Source of the DNA: Cyanophora paradoxa CCMP329
Lineage: Eukaryota > Plantae > Glaucophyta
DNA length: 64,000 nt
Direction of reading: 5' to 3'
Assembly (NCBI GenBank): GCA_004431415.1
Contig: QPMI01000218.1
Location: forward strand, 55,628-119,627
Below the pieces are notes generated by a model. That model was not told the origin of the DNA. It made no database searches and worked only from the letters and a program-made list of their open reading frames with translations. The translations under genes were made by a program, and so were the position numbers. This document shows positions 10,321-21,874 of this stretch, in pieces. The stretch's first letter is position 1, and the number at the start of each line of letters is the position of its first letter.

Positions 10321-11247
10321 ATGAAAGAATACCTGAGCTTTTCGAGCGATGATCGCGATGAGGAGTTCATAGAGCCAAACAAGTATGTAGTGACATTACC
10401 CCGTCGCTATGACAACGTAAAATCGGTGCGCCTGGTGCAGGCAACGGTTCCCAATGTTCTTTCGACTGTGACGAACGATATCGATGCCACTGGTGCAACC
10501 ATCGAGCGCATGGAACTCTATTTCTCGGTCACAGCTTCGGATTCCGGATTCGTGACCATCACAATCCCCAAAGGATTTTACACCAAAGACGACCTTGCCG
10601 CAAAAGTCACAGAAAGACTCGAAGCAGCTCGCCTTTCAGATTTCGGTGGAAAATATATTAAATGCCGCTATAATACTACTTCAAAGATCTATGAGTTTTT
10701 CAGTGATAGTAACTTTTGGTTCAAGTTCTCCAAAGCTTCCCCTGAAACACTCAGAAAATCCAGTAATCGCAAAGCAATCGCTAAGAAACTCGCAATATTC
10801 GGTTTCAAAGATATTCAGCTATATGTTTACGAGACATTTACCCCTTTTGCAAGCGATACATTCCTTGTGTTTAATCCTGGGACGGGAACTGTGACACTCA
10901 ATCGACGCATTCGCGGCTATACTCGTGGAGATGAGACCCCGGCGGCGATGATCTGGCTATATATTGATGAATTTGCGCCGTTTATTCGCTCAGTCAACAA
11001 GCACGTCGATGGTTATTTCATGCGCATTCCAATCCCACAGGAACTCGAACATGGTGATATCTACCACTTCGACACGTCCACTACTGTGCCTCTCATTCGT
11101 GAATTCCGCGAATTAAAATCGTTCGACCGCTTGACGATTAAACTCATCGACCATGATGGTGCTCTCTTAGATTTCGGGGTTTGGGCGCATTATTTCACTT
11201 TTGAAATCGAAACCTACGACGCACCGCCCGAAATGAATTTCTACTAA
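10321..11247 (+). CDS. Penton/minor capsid-like protein B, copy 1
   Basis: Start at ATG 10321; FSSDDRD...NVKSVRLVQATVPN, TIPKGFYT, IWLYIDE, FDRLTIKLIDHDG...HYFTFEIE; paralogous to protein A. Confidence 0.78.
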   Translation: MKEYLSFSSDDRDEEFIEPNKYVVTLPRRYDNVKSVRLVQATVPNVLSTVTNDIDATGATIERMELYFSVTASDSGFVTITIPKGFYTKDDLAAKVTERLEAARLSDFGGKYIKCRYNTTSKIYEFFSDSNFWFKFSKASPETLRKSSNRKAIAKKLAIFGFKDIQLYVYETFTPFASDTFLVFNPGTGTVTLNRRIRGYTRGDETPAAMIWLYIDEFAPFIRSVNKHVDGYFMRIPIPQELEHGDIYHFDTSTTVPLIREFRELKSFDRLTIKLIDHDGALLDFGVWAHYFTFEIETYDAPPEMNFY

Positions 11248-11294
11248 GCCCTTTAAATTATTTTCTGATCCCAAAGATAAGAGAAGAAACGCTC

Positions 11295-12608
11295 ATGGAG
11301 ACTAACAGCCAATTCCAGCGCCCAACGCTGAAATCTATGCTCACCACCGATGACTACAAGGATTATTTCCTAAACAAGTCGCTGGTCATTGGAACGTCCT
11401 CTGGCACTAAGCCACTTCGAGTTCTGGTCGCCCCCGACACTGAGCCACCCAGCGCTCTCGGCAACCGAGTTGTCTTCAAAATCCCCCGCTACCATTTCCT
11501 GAATGGTCTCGCGCTGCAACTCGATCTTAACCCGATCACCCTCACTGATCTCACGAATGGTGTCGCTGGAACTACTGGCTACCTTCGCGTCATTGGATCG
11601 CTGATTAAGCGCATCGAAATCTCTCACGCTTCATTCCGCTATGTTGTCCCGGAGGATTTCGTCACCCAGTATTTTCTACTGATGACTGAACAGGGCGAAC
11701 TTGATAAGAAACTTCGCTATGTCGGTGGTCTTGTCGGAACCGCTGGTAACACTGTCGGTGGAACCTACGAAATCGATTTACCCTCTCCTTTCGAGAAGGC
11801 GATGTTCCCACTTTGCGCTCTGAACTCTGAGATCGTGGTCGAAATCGAATTCAAGGCGATTGGTGATGGTATCATTGAGGATGTAAACAATGTTGGCAAT
11901 ATTTCGGTCGTAAACAGTGGTGCTTCCCTTCAAGTGCTGAAACCCCGCATTATCTGCAAGGTCGTAAATGCCGATGAGGCGGTTGTATCTGAGACCATTG
12001 CCCGTGTTAAATCGACTGGTATCGCGATCCCCTACAACGAAATCGGTTTCCTACACACAGATTTCCAGCCGACCGCCTCCGGTTCGCGAGTCAATCTCTC
12101 GCAACTCACAGGTGCGGGTCTCATCCACACTCTCGTATTCTCTGTGCGCCAAAACGCGAAGACGAAGGTTAACAACGGAACTCTCTCGGTTCTGGCTCCT
12201 CGTGCACTCAGAACCAACGCCGTAAGCTTCTATGTGGAACTCAACAATAACCGCCTTTACTCCAATACTTCGCTTCCTCTCATGATTGCCGCGACCGAAC
12301 TTCAAGATAAATATGATGCGGCGATTTTCACCGAGAGCACAAGCTACCCGGCTCTCTCTGGCATTTACTTCGGTGCTGGAAACGGAAAGGCGTCGCTTCT
12401 CAACCAAGAGAACACGGGCTACATCGATGCCACAGGCACATCGGCGTTCGATCTGGTCTTCGAATTCAACGGTGTCACAGCCGGAGGAGTCGGTAATGAG
12501 GAGTGGTATGCGGGCTCCGCGTATCAGAAGATGCAAATTCAGTGCATTGCCCTCGCTCATAATATCATGATAATCGGAGCTGATGGTATTCGCAGAGTAA
12601 GTAGCTAA
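11295..12608 (+). CDS. Double-jelly-roll major capsid protein, copy 1
   Basis: 437 aa, beta-rich; FKIPR...LxLQLDL, LIKRIEI, LPSPF...FPLCALNSEIVVEIEF, C-terminal HNIMII; lies between penton and ATPase. Confidence 0.8.
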   Translation: METNSQFQRPTLKSMLTTDDYKDYFLNKSLVIGTSSGTKPLRVLVAPDTEPPSALGNRVVFKIPRYHFLNGLALQLDLNPITLTDLTNGVAGTTGYLRVIGSLIKRIEISHASFRYVVPEDFVTQYFLLMTEQGELDKKLRYVGGLVGTAGNTVGGTYEIDLPSPFEKAMFPLCALNSEIVVEIEFKAIGDGIIEDVNNVGNISVVNSGASLQVLKPRIICKVVNADEAVVSETIARVKSTGIAIPYNEIGFLHTDFQPTASGSRVNLSQLTGAGLIHTLVFSVRQNAKTKVNNGTLSVLAPRALRTNAVSFYVELNNNRLYSNTSLPLMIAATELQDKYDAAIFTESTSYPALSGIYFGAGNGKASLLNQENTGYIDATGTSAFDLVFEFNGVTAGGVGNEEWYAGSAYQKMQIQCIALAHNIMIIGADGIRRVSS

Positions 12609-12666
12609 GGAATTCGTGCGATTACCACAGTCAGTCTTATTTTTCTATTGTTTTTATAGTGAAAGA

Positions 12667-12802
12667 ATGCAAAAAGGGACGACGCCCATAGATCTCGAAG
12701 AATGGAACCCGAAACAGAGGGTGAAACTTCCCGCACGATTTCTCCTATTGGCGAAAACCAATTGTGGTAAATCGGTATTCTTAAAGTGGCTGATCAAAGA
12801 AC
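12667..12802 (+). pseudogene. Truncated 5' fragment of packaging ATPase at the duplication junction
   Basis: Identical to 19559-19694 including Walker A, then breaks into antisense fibre sequence. Confidence 0.9.
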
Positions 12803-12803
12803 C

Positions 12804-14808
12804 TTGGAGGGGAAACAAATGGTGTCTCAAATGTGAAATTAAAATTCGCTGGAACCGCTGCAAGGTATCTATATGTTGTTGCTGATATCTCGGATGCCTG
12901 GAATACTTTGCTTCCCCTCTGCACTACATTACTGGTGTCTTTCACATTGTGATAGGATATACTGGGAGTCGGGGAGAGCACCAACGAAATAGCATCTGGT
13001 AAATCAGACTTTGTAATATACAGCTCTTTAAGATACTCCTTTTTGAAAGGGGCGGTCAGATCTCCAATAGTAGCCGATGACCCTGCGACCACAATATTAC
13101 AGGTGTTTGCATTCAAAGTATAAACTGTGTTCCACCTCAAAGAATTCGCCCCAAGATCGAAATTCTGTGAGAAGGGCACGATATTGCTACCTTGTAAATC
13201 TCGGTAAACCTTCACTCTGGGTTTGCTATCGAATTCAGGGGTGATATAATTGATGTTAAGAGTGAAACTAATAGTAGCTTCGGAACTCAATGAGTTGTTT
13301 CGGATGATAAGTAAATTGTATGTCTCGTTAATGACAAACGAAACCTGAAACCCTGTGGAGGTGACATTTTGGATAAATGCTTTATTAGATTCATTATTGT
13401 TATAGATAGGATTATAATAAGTAGTGTGATCCACCAATGAAACAGTGGGTATATTCGTCTCGAAACCTGTGACACCCAACTGATCCCAAGTGAATGTATA
13501 TGTAGGTTTGCCTACGTAAGCGACATAGACCCCATTTGCGAGCTGCTGAGGGTATCCCTCGACAGTGTAGGTCTCAGTTTGCGAAACCGAGCGGGAAAGG
13601 TTACTATTATAGTCGGTGTAGCTGATCAGTGCATTATCATTGGTAAGAATCTGATTAGGTCGGAGTGAGTGATTTAATGGAAGGATTAAATTGGAGGCAA
13701 ACATGGAAACTCCATGCACCTCTGACCATCTCAGATTCGAGAGACCAATTCGGTATGCGTTATCAATAGAAGGGTAAATGTTCCTTTTTGAGAGAATATG
13801 AGCCAGAGAAATTGCCAGCGCTCCATCTGCTGCAAACAGAGCATTAATTTCCGACTGCAAAGCGGCTATTTCGGTGGTGTGGGTCGTGAGGGTTCCATCC
13901 TGGCTGGAATCTTTGGTGTTCTTGCTCCTCTCGAACTCCAAAAACGCCTTTACGATGTCCTTGCCTAAAAGATCGTTTATATTGTCTCTGGTAATGTAAA
14001 CATGATCTGTTCTCAGTGCCTGTTTCTCTGTGGTAAAAGCCGGAATCTCCTCTGCAAATGATATAGTCGTTTTATCAAGTGCTAAGGATCTCACATTCGG
14101 AGCATTGGCGCCAATTATATCCACAACGTTCCCATTTTCGACAATTTCTAAGGTCGGTTTCGCGGGGTCTAATGTGAAAACACCCTCTGTTATCTGGGGA
14201 ACCGATTCGCTCTTCTGAATCACAAAGGATTCGATGTTTAGGTTACAGGTTGCGACATTGGTGGCGAAAAACGACTCGGAGTTGAGCGAGTTTACATTTA
14301 GGGTATCCGTAGTGATGTTACTTGCTGTAATGTTACTCGTCGTAAGATTACCTGCTGAGAGATCATGGACGACCTCTACCTTTGTTTTCCGTGTGGATAC
14401 TCCCGCTATAAGTGTGCTATTATCCACGATTCTCATAGCTGCATTTTGGAAACCGCTCTCATCTTGAATGAAGAAGTTTAAGCGACCTCTATCGAATGCT
14501 TTTGGGATGTTCCTACGATTATATCGCACCGTTTTCGGTAGCTGGCGGGTTGCCTGAATGCTGGCGACTCTGTTTCGTTCGTTATCATCAAGTAAAAAGT
14601 CGATTCCAAGTTTATGATCCCCTTTCTCGACGTTCATTAACTGCAAAGCTGCGGGTCTGCTCGGTGTCCCACTGACTGGATCTTCGCGGTCTGCATTGTA
14701 GTTTATTCTCAGAGACCCGCGAATTTCAGTGTTTACCTGATCAGTGTCCTCTATCTGAGTGGTCGAATTAATAACTCGTGCATCTGGTCGCGGATTCAGG
14801 AACGACAT
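12804..14808 (-). pseudogene. 3'-truncated second copy of the 1240-aa fibre gene
   Basis: Identical to 5912-7916; lacks the C-terminal half and TM helix. Confidence 0.9.
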
Positions 14809-14851
14809 CCTCTTTATAAACAAAGAAGATATATAAGAAGTATATAAGATA

Positions 14852-16344
14852 ATGAAGACCGTTCTCGCTTTGAGTGGAGGGGGGTCGCGCGGAATAATCG
14901 AGGCTGCTATACTGGCACAGATTGAAGCCCAAACCGGTAAACGAATCCAACAGCTATTCGACTGCTTTGCGGGAACATCCACAGGTGGATTAATCGCGCT
15001 CCTATTGAATATCAAGGGAACCGATGGCGCCCCTAAATATACTGCCACTGATATTCTGGCGCTCTACAAAGCGAAACTACCGCTGATTTTCGCGAATCCA
15101 CGAGTGCTTACATCGATTGTACAGCGCCCAAAGTACGAAGCCACTAACTTAGAAGCTGTGGCTCTGGATCTCTGCGGCTCGGCGACTATGGCGGATCTCT
15201 ATAAACCCACCATCGTGACTGCGTTCGACACGGTTCAAATGTCCCCCGTTTTTATTTCAAGCAACGATGAAGATATTAATGGGATGCTTGTGCGCGATGC
15301 TGCAAGGGCTACCTCGGCTGCTCCGACCTATTTCGAGCCGAAACAAGTCACAGTCGCCGGAAGAACATATTGTTTAATCGATGGTTGCATGAGTGGAAAT
15401 AATTCGCCCGGGGTTTGCGGCTACACATTCGCCCGCACTTTATTCGGAAACTCTTGCGAGGAGGAGCTTATCGTGGTCTCGATTACGGCGGGTCACGTCC
15501 AAGACTCTGATAAGGCGACATCTGGATATTCGTACGACACTATGAAAAATTGGGGGATCGTGCAATGGATGCTAAGCGCCACAGGATCGCCAATTCTCAG
15601 CATGTTCTTAGAGTCGAGTGATCTAAACGCCCACGTAAAGCTACTGGAACTTTTACCCAGAAACGATGATCAGAATTACGATCGCTACTATAAGCTGAGC
15701 GTTCCTTTACCGAAAGATAAAATGACCCTCGATACTATCACAACGAGTCACCTGCAATATTTGGAAACGGAAGCGCTCGCGTTTGTTTCCGCACAGCAAA
15801 CGTATTTTAATGCGATGTATTCAGTGCTGACGATGAATATCTCAGAGGGCGATGTTCCCATAATTAATCTGTCCGGGTGCACAGATGTAAGCGCACCCCG
15901 GAGTCTAACTGGGTGCCGCTCGATAATAGCGCCTTTATTGCGGAATTTGGCACAGCTTCTGATGCCCGCTGGTCAAATGCTACGGGATGGGTGGGATTTA
16001 CAAACCCGCCGCAAGGTAGTAGGTCGGGAGGCAATTACTTACGCATCGATTTCCCGCGTCTGTTTATGCTTTCCTCTATAAAAATGAAGCCGGCTGCGAA
16101 TGGAAACTACATTAAAACGTTTGAGATCGATTACCAATTAACTCCGGGAGTTTCTGCGCTTGTCACATACACAGAAGCCGGCGCGACGAGAGTGTTTACC
16201 AATGCAAATCAAATAGCCGGAAGTGCCGATCCTGACGAACATTTCTTAGCGAACCCGAGATCTATTAGAACCCTCGTAATCTGGGTGCTCACGACGAACG
16301 TAGCTTCGGCATGCCGAATAGATTTCGAGGGCTACTACGTGTGA
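14852..16344 (+). CDS. Patatin + discoidin-like protein, copy 2 (frameshift at ~15896)
   Basis: Same as copy 1; discoidin frame intact to the stop at 16344. Confidence 0.85.
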
Positions 16345-16351
16345 ACAGCGC

Positions 16352-17197
16352 TTAATCTGTTATCACTTCCAGCTGAAACGAGTATGAGAGACCGTTTATA
16401 TCTGCAACAGAGCCCCGCCATTTTCGAAGCGATATTGTGAGACGATCTAAATCGAGTTGCGATGTGACATTTACGAAAGGGATGCTTGCGCTCGGTTCGT
16501 GGTAAAAGGAATATCTACCAAAGTCCGAGTTCATCTGAATTCGCAAAAGATAGGAGTCGTCGAAATTGTTCTGTCTCCCAGTAACCGCTGCGAATTTGGT
16601 AAAAGGGCGGAGCTCTTCGATATCAAGGTAAATATATGGAATCGCATTAAAGTCGACCATTTTCGGGCATATAATCGCGTAGCGACTGGGGTAATCTCTG
16701 AGTGGAACCGGCACTGGTTCTGGTGTGCTGGCGTAAACCACTCCGGGTTCTATGCCGAGACAATCACAGAACTCCTGGTCTGAGCTCTCTAATGTAAAAG
16801 GGCTATTCGGAGATGAGAAAACGAAGCGGTTCGTAGACAGAGCGAGAGAATAGGAAACCGGGAAGAGACCGAGTGGATTAAAAGAACCGCCTGAAAAACC
16901 GAGTAAAGCATCACTGTTTAAAGCTCTCTCTTTCGGATATCGTTCGTTATCAGCATCGACGTAATAATAATCGTTTACGCTGGGAATCGGTGCTATCATT
17001 TTGGATGCGGGGATTACTGTGGGCTCTTCGTTCAAAAGCGTTATAGTTATTGTCTGTTCGGGCGGAACAACATAAGAGCTATTGGGAATCTCAGCGGATA
17101 GCACACGAAATCGTCGTACATTATTAAGGCGCGTTTTCAAGTGCAGCACGCCGTTTTCAAGGTCTCTACTGTCGCAATTTATTGTTATTCTTTTCAT
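16352..17197 (-). CDS. Penton/minor capsid-like protein A, copy 2
   Basis: Identical translation to 9459-10304. Confidence 0.75.
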   Translation of the reverse strand: MKRITINCDSRDLENGVLHLKTRLNNVRRFRVLSAEIPNSSYVVPPEQTITITLLNEEPTVIPASKMIAPIPSVNDYYYVDADNERYPKERALNSDALLGFSGGSFNPLGLFPVSYSLALSTNRFVFSSPNSPFTLESSDQEFCDCLGIEPGVVYASTPEPVPVPLRDYPSRYAIICPKMVDFNAIPYIYLDIEELRPFTKFAAVTGRQNNFDDSYLLRIQMNSDFGRYSFYHEPSASIPFVNVTSQLDLDRLTISLRKWRGSVADINGLSYSFQLEVITD

Positions 17198-17213
17198 AAT
17201 CTATTATAGTAAG

Positions 17214-18139
17214 ATGAAAGAATACCTGAGCTTTTCGAGCGATGATCGCGATGAGGAGTTCATAGAGCCAAACAAGTATGTAGTGACATTACCCCGTCGC
17301 TATGACAACGTAAAATCGGTGCGCCTGGTGCAGGCAACGGTTCCCAATGTTCTTTCGACTGTGACGAACGATATCGATGCCACTGGTGCAACCATCGAGC
17401 GCATGGAACTCTATTTCTCGGTCACAGCTTCGGATTCCGGATTCGTGACCATCACAATCCCCAAAGGATTTTACACCAAAGACGACCTTGCCGCAAAAGT
17501 CACAGAAAGACTCGAAGCAGCTCGCCTTTCAGATTTCGGTGGAAAATATATTAAATGCCGCTATAATACTACTTCAAAGATCTATGAGTTTTTCAGTGAT
17601 AGTAACTTTTGGTTCAAGTTCTCCAAAGCTTCCCCTGAAACACTCAGAAAATCCAGTAATCGCAAAGCAATCGCTAAGAAACTCGCAATATTCGGTTTCA
17701 AAGATATTCAGCTATATGTTTACGAGACATTTACCCCTTTTGCAAGCGATACATTCCTTGTGTTTAATCCTGGACGGGAACTGTGACACTCAATCGACGC
17801 ATTCGCGGCTATACTCGTGGAGATGAGACCCCGGCGGCGATGATCTGGCTATATATTGATGAATTTGCGCCGTTTATTCGCTCAGTCAACAAGCACGTCG
17901 ATGGTTATTTCATGCGCATTCCAATCCCACAGGAACTCGAACATGGTGATATCTACCACTTCGACACGTCCACTACTGTGCCTCTCATTCGTGAATTCCG
18001 CGAATTAAAATCGTTCGACCGCTTGACGATTAAACTCATCGACCATGATGGTGCTCTCTTAGATTTCGGGGTTTGGGCGCATTATTTCACTTTTGAAATC
18101 GAAACCTACGACGCACCGCCCGAAATGAATTTCTACTAA
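17214..18139 (+). CDS. Penton/minor capsid-like protein B, copy 2 (1-nt deletion at ~17772)
   Basis: cctggacggg versus cctgggacggg in copy 1 splits the ORF. Confidence 0.75.
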
Positions 18140-18186
18140 GCCCTTTAAATTATTTTCTGATCCCAAAGATAAGAGAAGAAACGCTC

Positions 18187-19500
18187 ATGGAGACTAACAG
18201 CCAATTCCAGCGCCCAACGCTGAAATCTATGCTCACCACCGATGACTACAAGGATTATTTCCTAAACAAGTCGCTGGTCATTGGAACGTCCTCTGGCACT
18301 AAGCCACTTCGAGTTCTGGTCGCCCCCGACACTGAGCCACCCAGCGCTCTCGGCAACCGAGTTGTCTTCAAAATCCCCCGCTACCATTTCCTGAATGGTC
18401 TCGCGCTGCAACTCGATCTTAACCCGATCACCCTCACTGATCTCACGAATGGTGTCGCTGGAACTACTGGCTACCTTCGCGTCATTGGATCGCTGATTAA
18501 GCGCATCGAAATCTCTCACGCTTCATTCCGCTATGTTGTCCCGGAGGATTTCGTCACCCAGTATTTTCTACTGATGACTGAACAGGGCGAACTTGATAAG
18601 AAACTTCGCTATGTCGGTGGTCTTGTCGGAACCGCTGGTAACACTGTCGGTGGAACCTACGAAATCGATTTACCCTCTCCTTTCGAGAAGGCGATGTTCC
18701 CACTTTGCGCTCTGAACTCTGAGATCGTGGTCGAAATCGAATTCAAGGCGATTGGTGATGGTATCATTGAGGATGTAAACAATGTTGGCAATATTTCGGT
18801 CGTAAACAGTGGTGCTTCCCTTCAAGTGCTGAAACCCCGCATTATCTGCAAGGTCGTAAATGCCGATGAGGCGGTTGTATCTGAGACCATTGCCCGTGTT
18901 AAATCGACTGGTATCGCGATCCCCTACAACGAAATCGGTTTCCTACACACAGATTTCCAGCCGACCGCCTCCGGTTCGCGAGTCAATCTCTCGCAACTCA
19001 CAGGTGCGGGTCTCATCCACACTCTCGTATTCTCTGTGCGCCAAAACGCGAAGACGAAGGTTAACAACGGAACTCTCTCGGTTCTGGCTCCTCGTGCACT
19101 CAGAACCAACGCCGTAAGCTTCTATGTGGAACTCAACAATAACCGCCTTTACTCCAATACTTCGCTTCCTCTCATGATTGCCGCGACCGAACTTCAAGAT
19201 AAATATGATGCGGCGATTTTCACCGAGAGCACAAGCTACCCGGCTCTCTCTGGCATTTACTTCGGTGCTGGAAACGGAAAGGCGTCGCTTCTCAACCAAG
19301 AGAACACGGGCTACATCGATGCCACAGGCACATCGGCGTTCGATCTGGTCTTCGAATTCAACGGTGTCACAGCCGGAGGAGTCGGTAATGAGGAGTGGTA
19401 TGCGGGCTCCGCGTATCAGAAGATGCAAATTCAGTGCATTGCCCTCGCTCATAATATCATGATAATCGGAGCTGATGGTATTCGCAGAGTAAGTAGCTAA
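18187..19500 (+). CDS. Major capsid protein, copy 2
   Basis: Identical translation to 11295-12608. Confidence 0.8.
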   Translation: METNSQFQRPTLKSMLTTDDYKDYFLNKSLVIGTSSGTKPLRVLVAPDTEPPSALGNRVVFKIPRYHFLNGLALQLDLNPITLTDLTNGVAGTTGYLRVIGSLIKRIEISHASFRYVVPEDFVTQYFLLMTEQGELDKKLRYVGGLVGTAGNTVGGTYEIDLPSPFEKAMFPLCALNSEIVVEIEFKAIGDGIIEDVNNVGNISVVNSGASLQVLKPRIICKVVNADEAVVSETIARVKSTGIAIPYNEIGFLHTDFQPTASGSRVNLSQLTGAGLIHTLVFSVRQNAKTKVNNGTLSVLAPRALRTNAVSFYVELNNNRLYSNTSLPLMIAATELQDKYDAAIFTESTSYPALSGIYFGAGNGKASLLNQENTGYIDATGTSAFDLVFEFNGVTAGGVGNEEWYAGSAYQKMQIQCIALAHNIMIIGADGIRRVSS

Positions 19501-19558
19501 GGAATTCGTGCGATTACCACAGTCAGTCTTATTTTTCTATTGTTTTTATAGTGAAAGA

Positions 19559-20425
19559 ATGCAAAAAGGGACGACGCCCATAGATCTCGAAGAATGGAAC
19601 CCGAAACAGAGGGTGAAACTTCCCGCACGATTTCTCCTATTGGCGAAAACCAATTGTGGTAAATCGGTATTCTTAAAGTGGCTGATCAAAGAACTCGAAG
19701 ACCAGATCTCATACGTTCTGGTCTTTTGTCCAACGAGTTTCAACGGTTTCTGGGGTCAAATAACAGACGAAGTACATGATACCTGGAAACCGGAATATGT
19801 AGAGTCGATCATAGAAGCCCGCAAAAAAGCCATCATCGCGGGTAAGAAACCAAAAAATATTCTCATTGTGCTCGACGATTGTTTGGAGTCCGGAACTATC
19901 GATCTTTCGCGCGATCATTTGCTAAATAAATTGATGGCGCAAGGTCGTCATACGTTTTGTTCCGTGGCTTTAATATCGCAGAAACTAACAAAGCTTTCAA
20001 CGATCATTCGCAGCAATGCGGAGTATATCATATTCCTAAGCTGGTCAAACATGCGAGAGTTTGAAGCATATCACGAAGAGTTCGGGAACATGGATAAAGA
20101 GAGTTTCAAGCGCATGTTCCAAGAATTCTGTCATAGCTACCAAGCGATCATTCACGATAATACCGGGTATTCTGTGCGATGGTGGGTCGAAAAAGCCGAT
20201 ATGATCGATGACCATCCGTTTACTAAGTTCCACAAGCGGGCGGCTTTTGAAGAAAAGAAGCGAAAACAGCAAGAGGAGCAAGCGACAAAACCGCCGCCTG
20301 TCAAAGATTCGACAACTGTATGCAAAACTTTATCCAAATTTGAGCGTGAGCTTGAAGGTATCCCCAAACTTTCCCAAATTTCGCCTAAGAAAAAGAAAAT
20401 GTTAATCAAATGTAAGAGAAGATAA
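19559..20425 (+). CDS. A32-like (FtsK/HerA) genome packaging ATPase
   Basis: Walker A AKTNCGKS, Walker B ILIVLDD, GRH arginine finger, SQ, IRSNA; start at ATG 19559. Confidence 0.92.
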   Translation: MQKGTTPIDLEEWNPKQRVKLPARFLLLAKTNCGKSVFLKWLIKELEDQISYVLVFCPTSFNGFWGQITDEVHDTWKPEYVESIIEARKKAIIAGKKPKNILIVLDDCLESGTIDLSRDHLLNKLMAQGRHTFCSVALISQKLTKLSTIIRSNAEYIIFLSWSNMREFEAYHEEFGNMDKESFKRMFQEFCHSYQAIIHDNTGYSVRWWVEKADMIDDHPFTKFHKRAAFEEKKRKQQEEQATKPPPVKDSTTVCKTLSKFERELEGIPKLSQISPKKKKMLIKCKRR

Positions 20426-20427
20426 TC

Positions 20428-21111
20428 ATGGTCTACCGAAAGAAGCCTCAAACCATTCAAACGGTCGCCTCTGGTAATCCTAATCGCGGACTTGAAGAGT
20501 CTGGATTAACGTCGGGCGGCGGTCTCGAAATGCCCGAATATCTTATAGACACTTCGCCAGAAGAGGTCGCCAAGCAAGAGGCGATTATTGCGAGTGCCAC
20601 CGCGGACAAGGGCAACCAAGATAGCGGTAAACGCCAAATGGAGGATTTAGCTACTGTAAAACCACAGATTGGAGGCGGCTCTGTTGATGAAGCAACCGAA
20701 AAAGTAATTAAAGCGCAAGTTGTCGCAAGCCAGCACAAAACGCAAGACGTCCCAAAAGCCGCCGAAACTGAGCTTAAAAAGCGCGGATCCTATCAAAAAC
20801 ACACGGTTCCTGTCGACGTTGTCATGAGCTTCGAAGAGAAAGTGCGAGACCTTGAAATGAAAGTGTCAAACTACGAGAAATGGATGCAAGATTATAACGA
20901 ACGCAAGAAATTAAAGGGGCTTGTAAAGAAAGAGATCTCCAAACTCGGATTAAAGCAAAAAGTCGACGTAGAGGAGATTAAAAAGGAGGAAAAGACAGAT
21001 GCGCAAGCCGTAACTCGTCAGCAATCGGTCGCCCCGCAATATGCGCACATAGTGCCGACTGCACCCGTAAATTATGCCGCAATGCTTGGTGGTAAACGCC
21101 ATATCCGCTAA
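20428..21111 (+). CDS. Hypothetical viral protein (227 aa, coiled-coil)
   Basis: ATG-initiated ORF packed directly after the ATPase. Confidence 0.7.
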   Translation: MVYRKKPQTIQTVASGNPNRGLEESGLTSGGGLEMPEYLIDTSPEEVAKQEAIIASATADKGNQDSGKRQMEDLATVKPQIGGGSVDEATEKVIKAQVVASQHKTQDVPKAAETELKKRGSYQKHTVPVDVVMSFEEKVRDLEMKVSNYEKWMQDYNERKKLKGLVKKEISKLGLKQKVDVEEIKKEEKTDAQAVTRQQSVAPQYAHIVPTAPVNYAAMLGGKRHIR

Positions 21112-21270
21112 TGACTGTGAATATCCGCAAGGCAAAGCTGAACCCGCCCGTATTTAGAGCGGGTCTTTATGTGGACTCCCTTGCAATAGGGACAGGTCGG
21201 CTCCATAAACAGCATTATAAGTTCGACCAATTCGTAGGGGAACACACGAGCAAGTAAAGCCCTCATTCCC
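21112..21270 (+). ncRNA. Candidate structured RNA (multi-stem junction with pseudoknot)
   Basis: Nested complementary segments GCTG/CAGC, ACCCGC/GCGGGT, TTTATG/CATAAA, TCCCT/AGGGA, crossing GGTCGG/TCGACC; ends before TTTT. Confidence 0.35.
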
Positions 21271-21315
21271 TTTTATTTTCTCCGATATTTAATACGTTGC
21301 GTCCTTGTAGGATCG

Positions 21316-21750
21316 ATGAATTTCATCACACAATGCATTGAAATGTTTCATTTACATTTCATATCTCACTGTAAGTCCGGATGTTGCGACACAACCGTAG
21401 AGGTTGATATTACCGATGAAGACCATGGAGGTAGGCGCCTTTCTGTATATTCTAACCACAGCGACAATCACAACCACCCACGATCTCGATCGCCCTCGCC
21501 TGTGCCCGCGGCTATGAGTTCTAATATTGAAGCCGCTCAGATAGAGGACGTGCATGTAGAGCATATTAGAAGGCGCTCATGTCCTGAGTTTGTAGAAGGT
21601 CATTTGCGCGCTGACTCCCCTTATCCGATGTATAGATTGGATCAAATGGCATTAGGCGACGATGAAAATGTAACGAACCCTTATGTTTATCCTCAGCAAC
21701 CTTATGTATATCCTCAGCAACAAGAAAGAACCGTCTGGAACGGTTATTGA
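21316..21750 (+). CDS. Hypothetical viral protein (His/Cys-rich N-terminus, PYVYPQQ x2)
   Basis: ATG ORF preceded by the TATTTTCTCCG motif at 21274. Confidence 0.6.
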   Translation: MNFITQCIEMFHLHFISHCKSGCCDTTVEVDITDEDHGGRRLSVYSNHSDNHNHPRSRSPSPVPAAMSSNIEAAQIEDVHVEHIRRRSCPEFVEGHLRADSPYPMYRLDQMALGDDENVTNPYVYPQQPYVYPQQQERTVWNGY

Positions 21751-21874
21751 GCGGTGAATTTCGGTGGCGCTTGTATCGATCCGAGCGCAAAAATTGAAGG
21801 TTTCGGTAAAAGGTATATAAGGGCAAGGGAAATAATACAGAGTGACAAAAAACTATTTTCTCCGGTTATAGTAA

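Larger units (their letters stand above)
5912..19694. repeat. Tandem duplication of ~6.89 kb (5912-12802 and 12804-19694)
   Basis: Identical ORFs at offset 6892-6893; junction tgatcaaagaac-C-ttggaggggaaac joins the ATPase 5' end to the middle of the fibre gene; the only differences noticed are 1-nt homopolymer indels. Confidence 0.97.
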
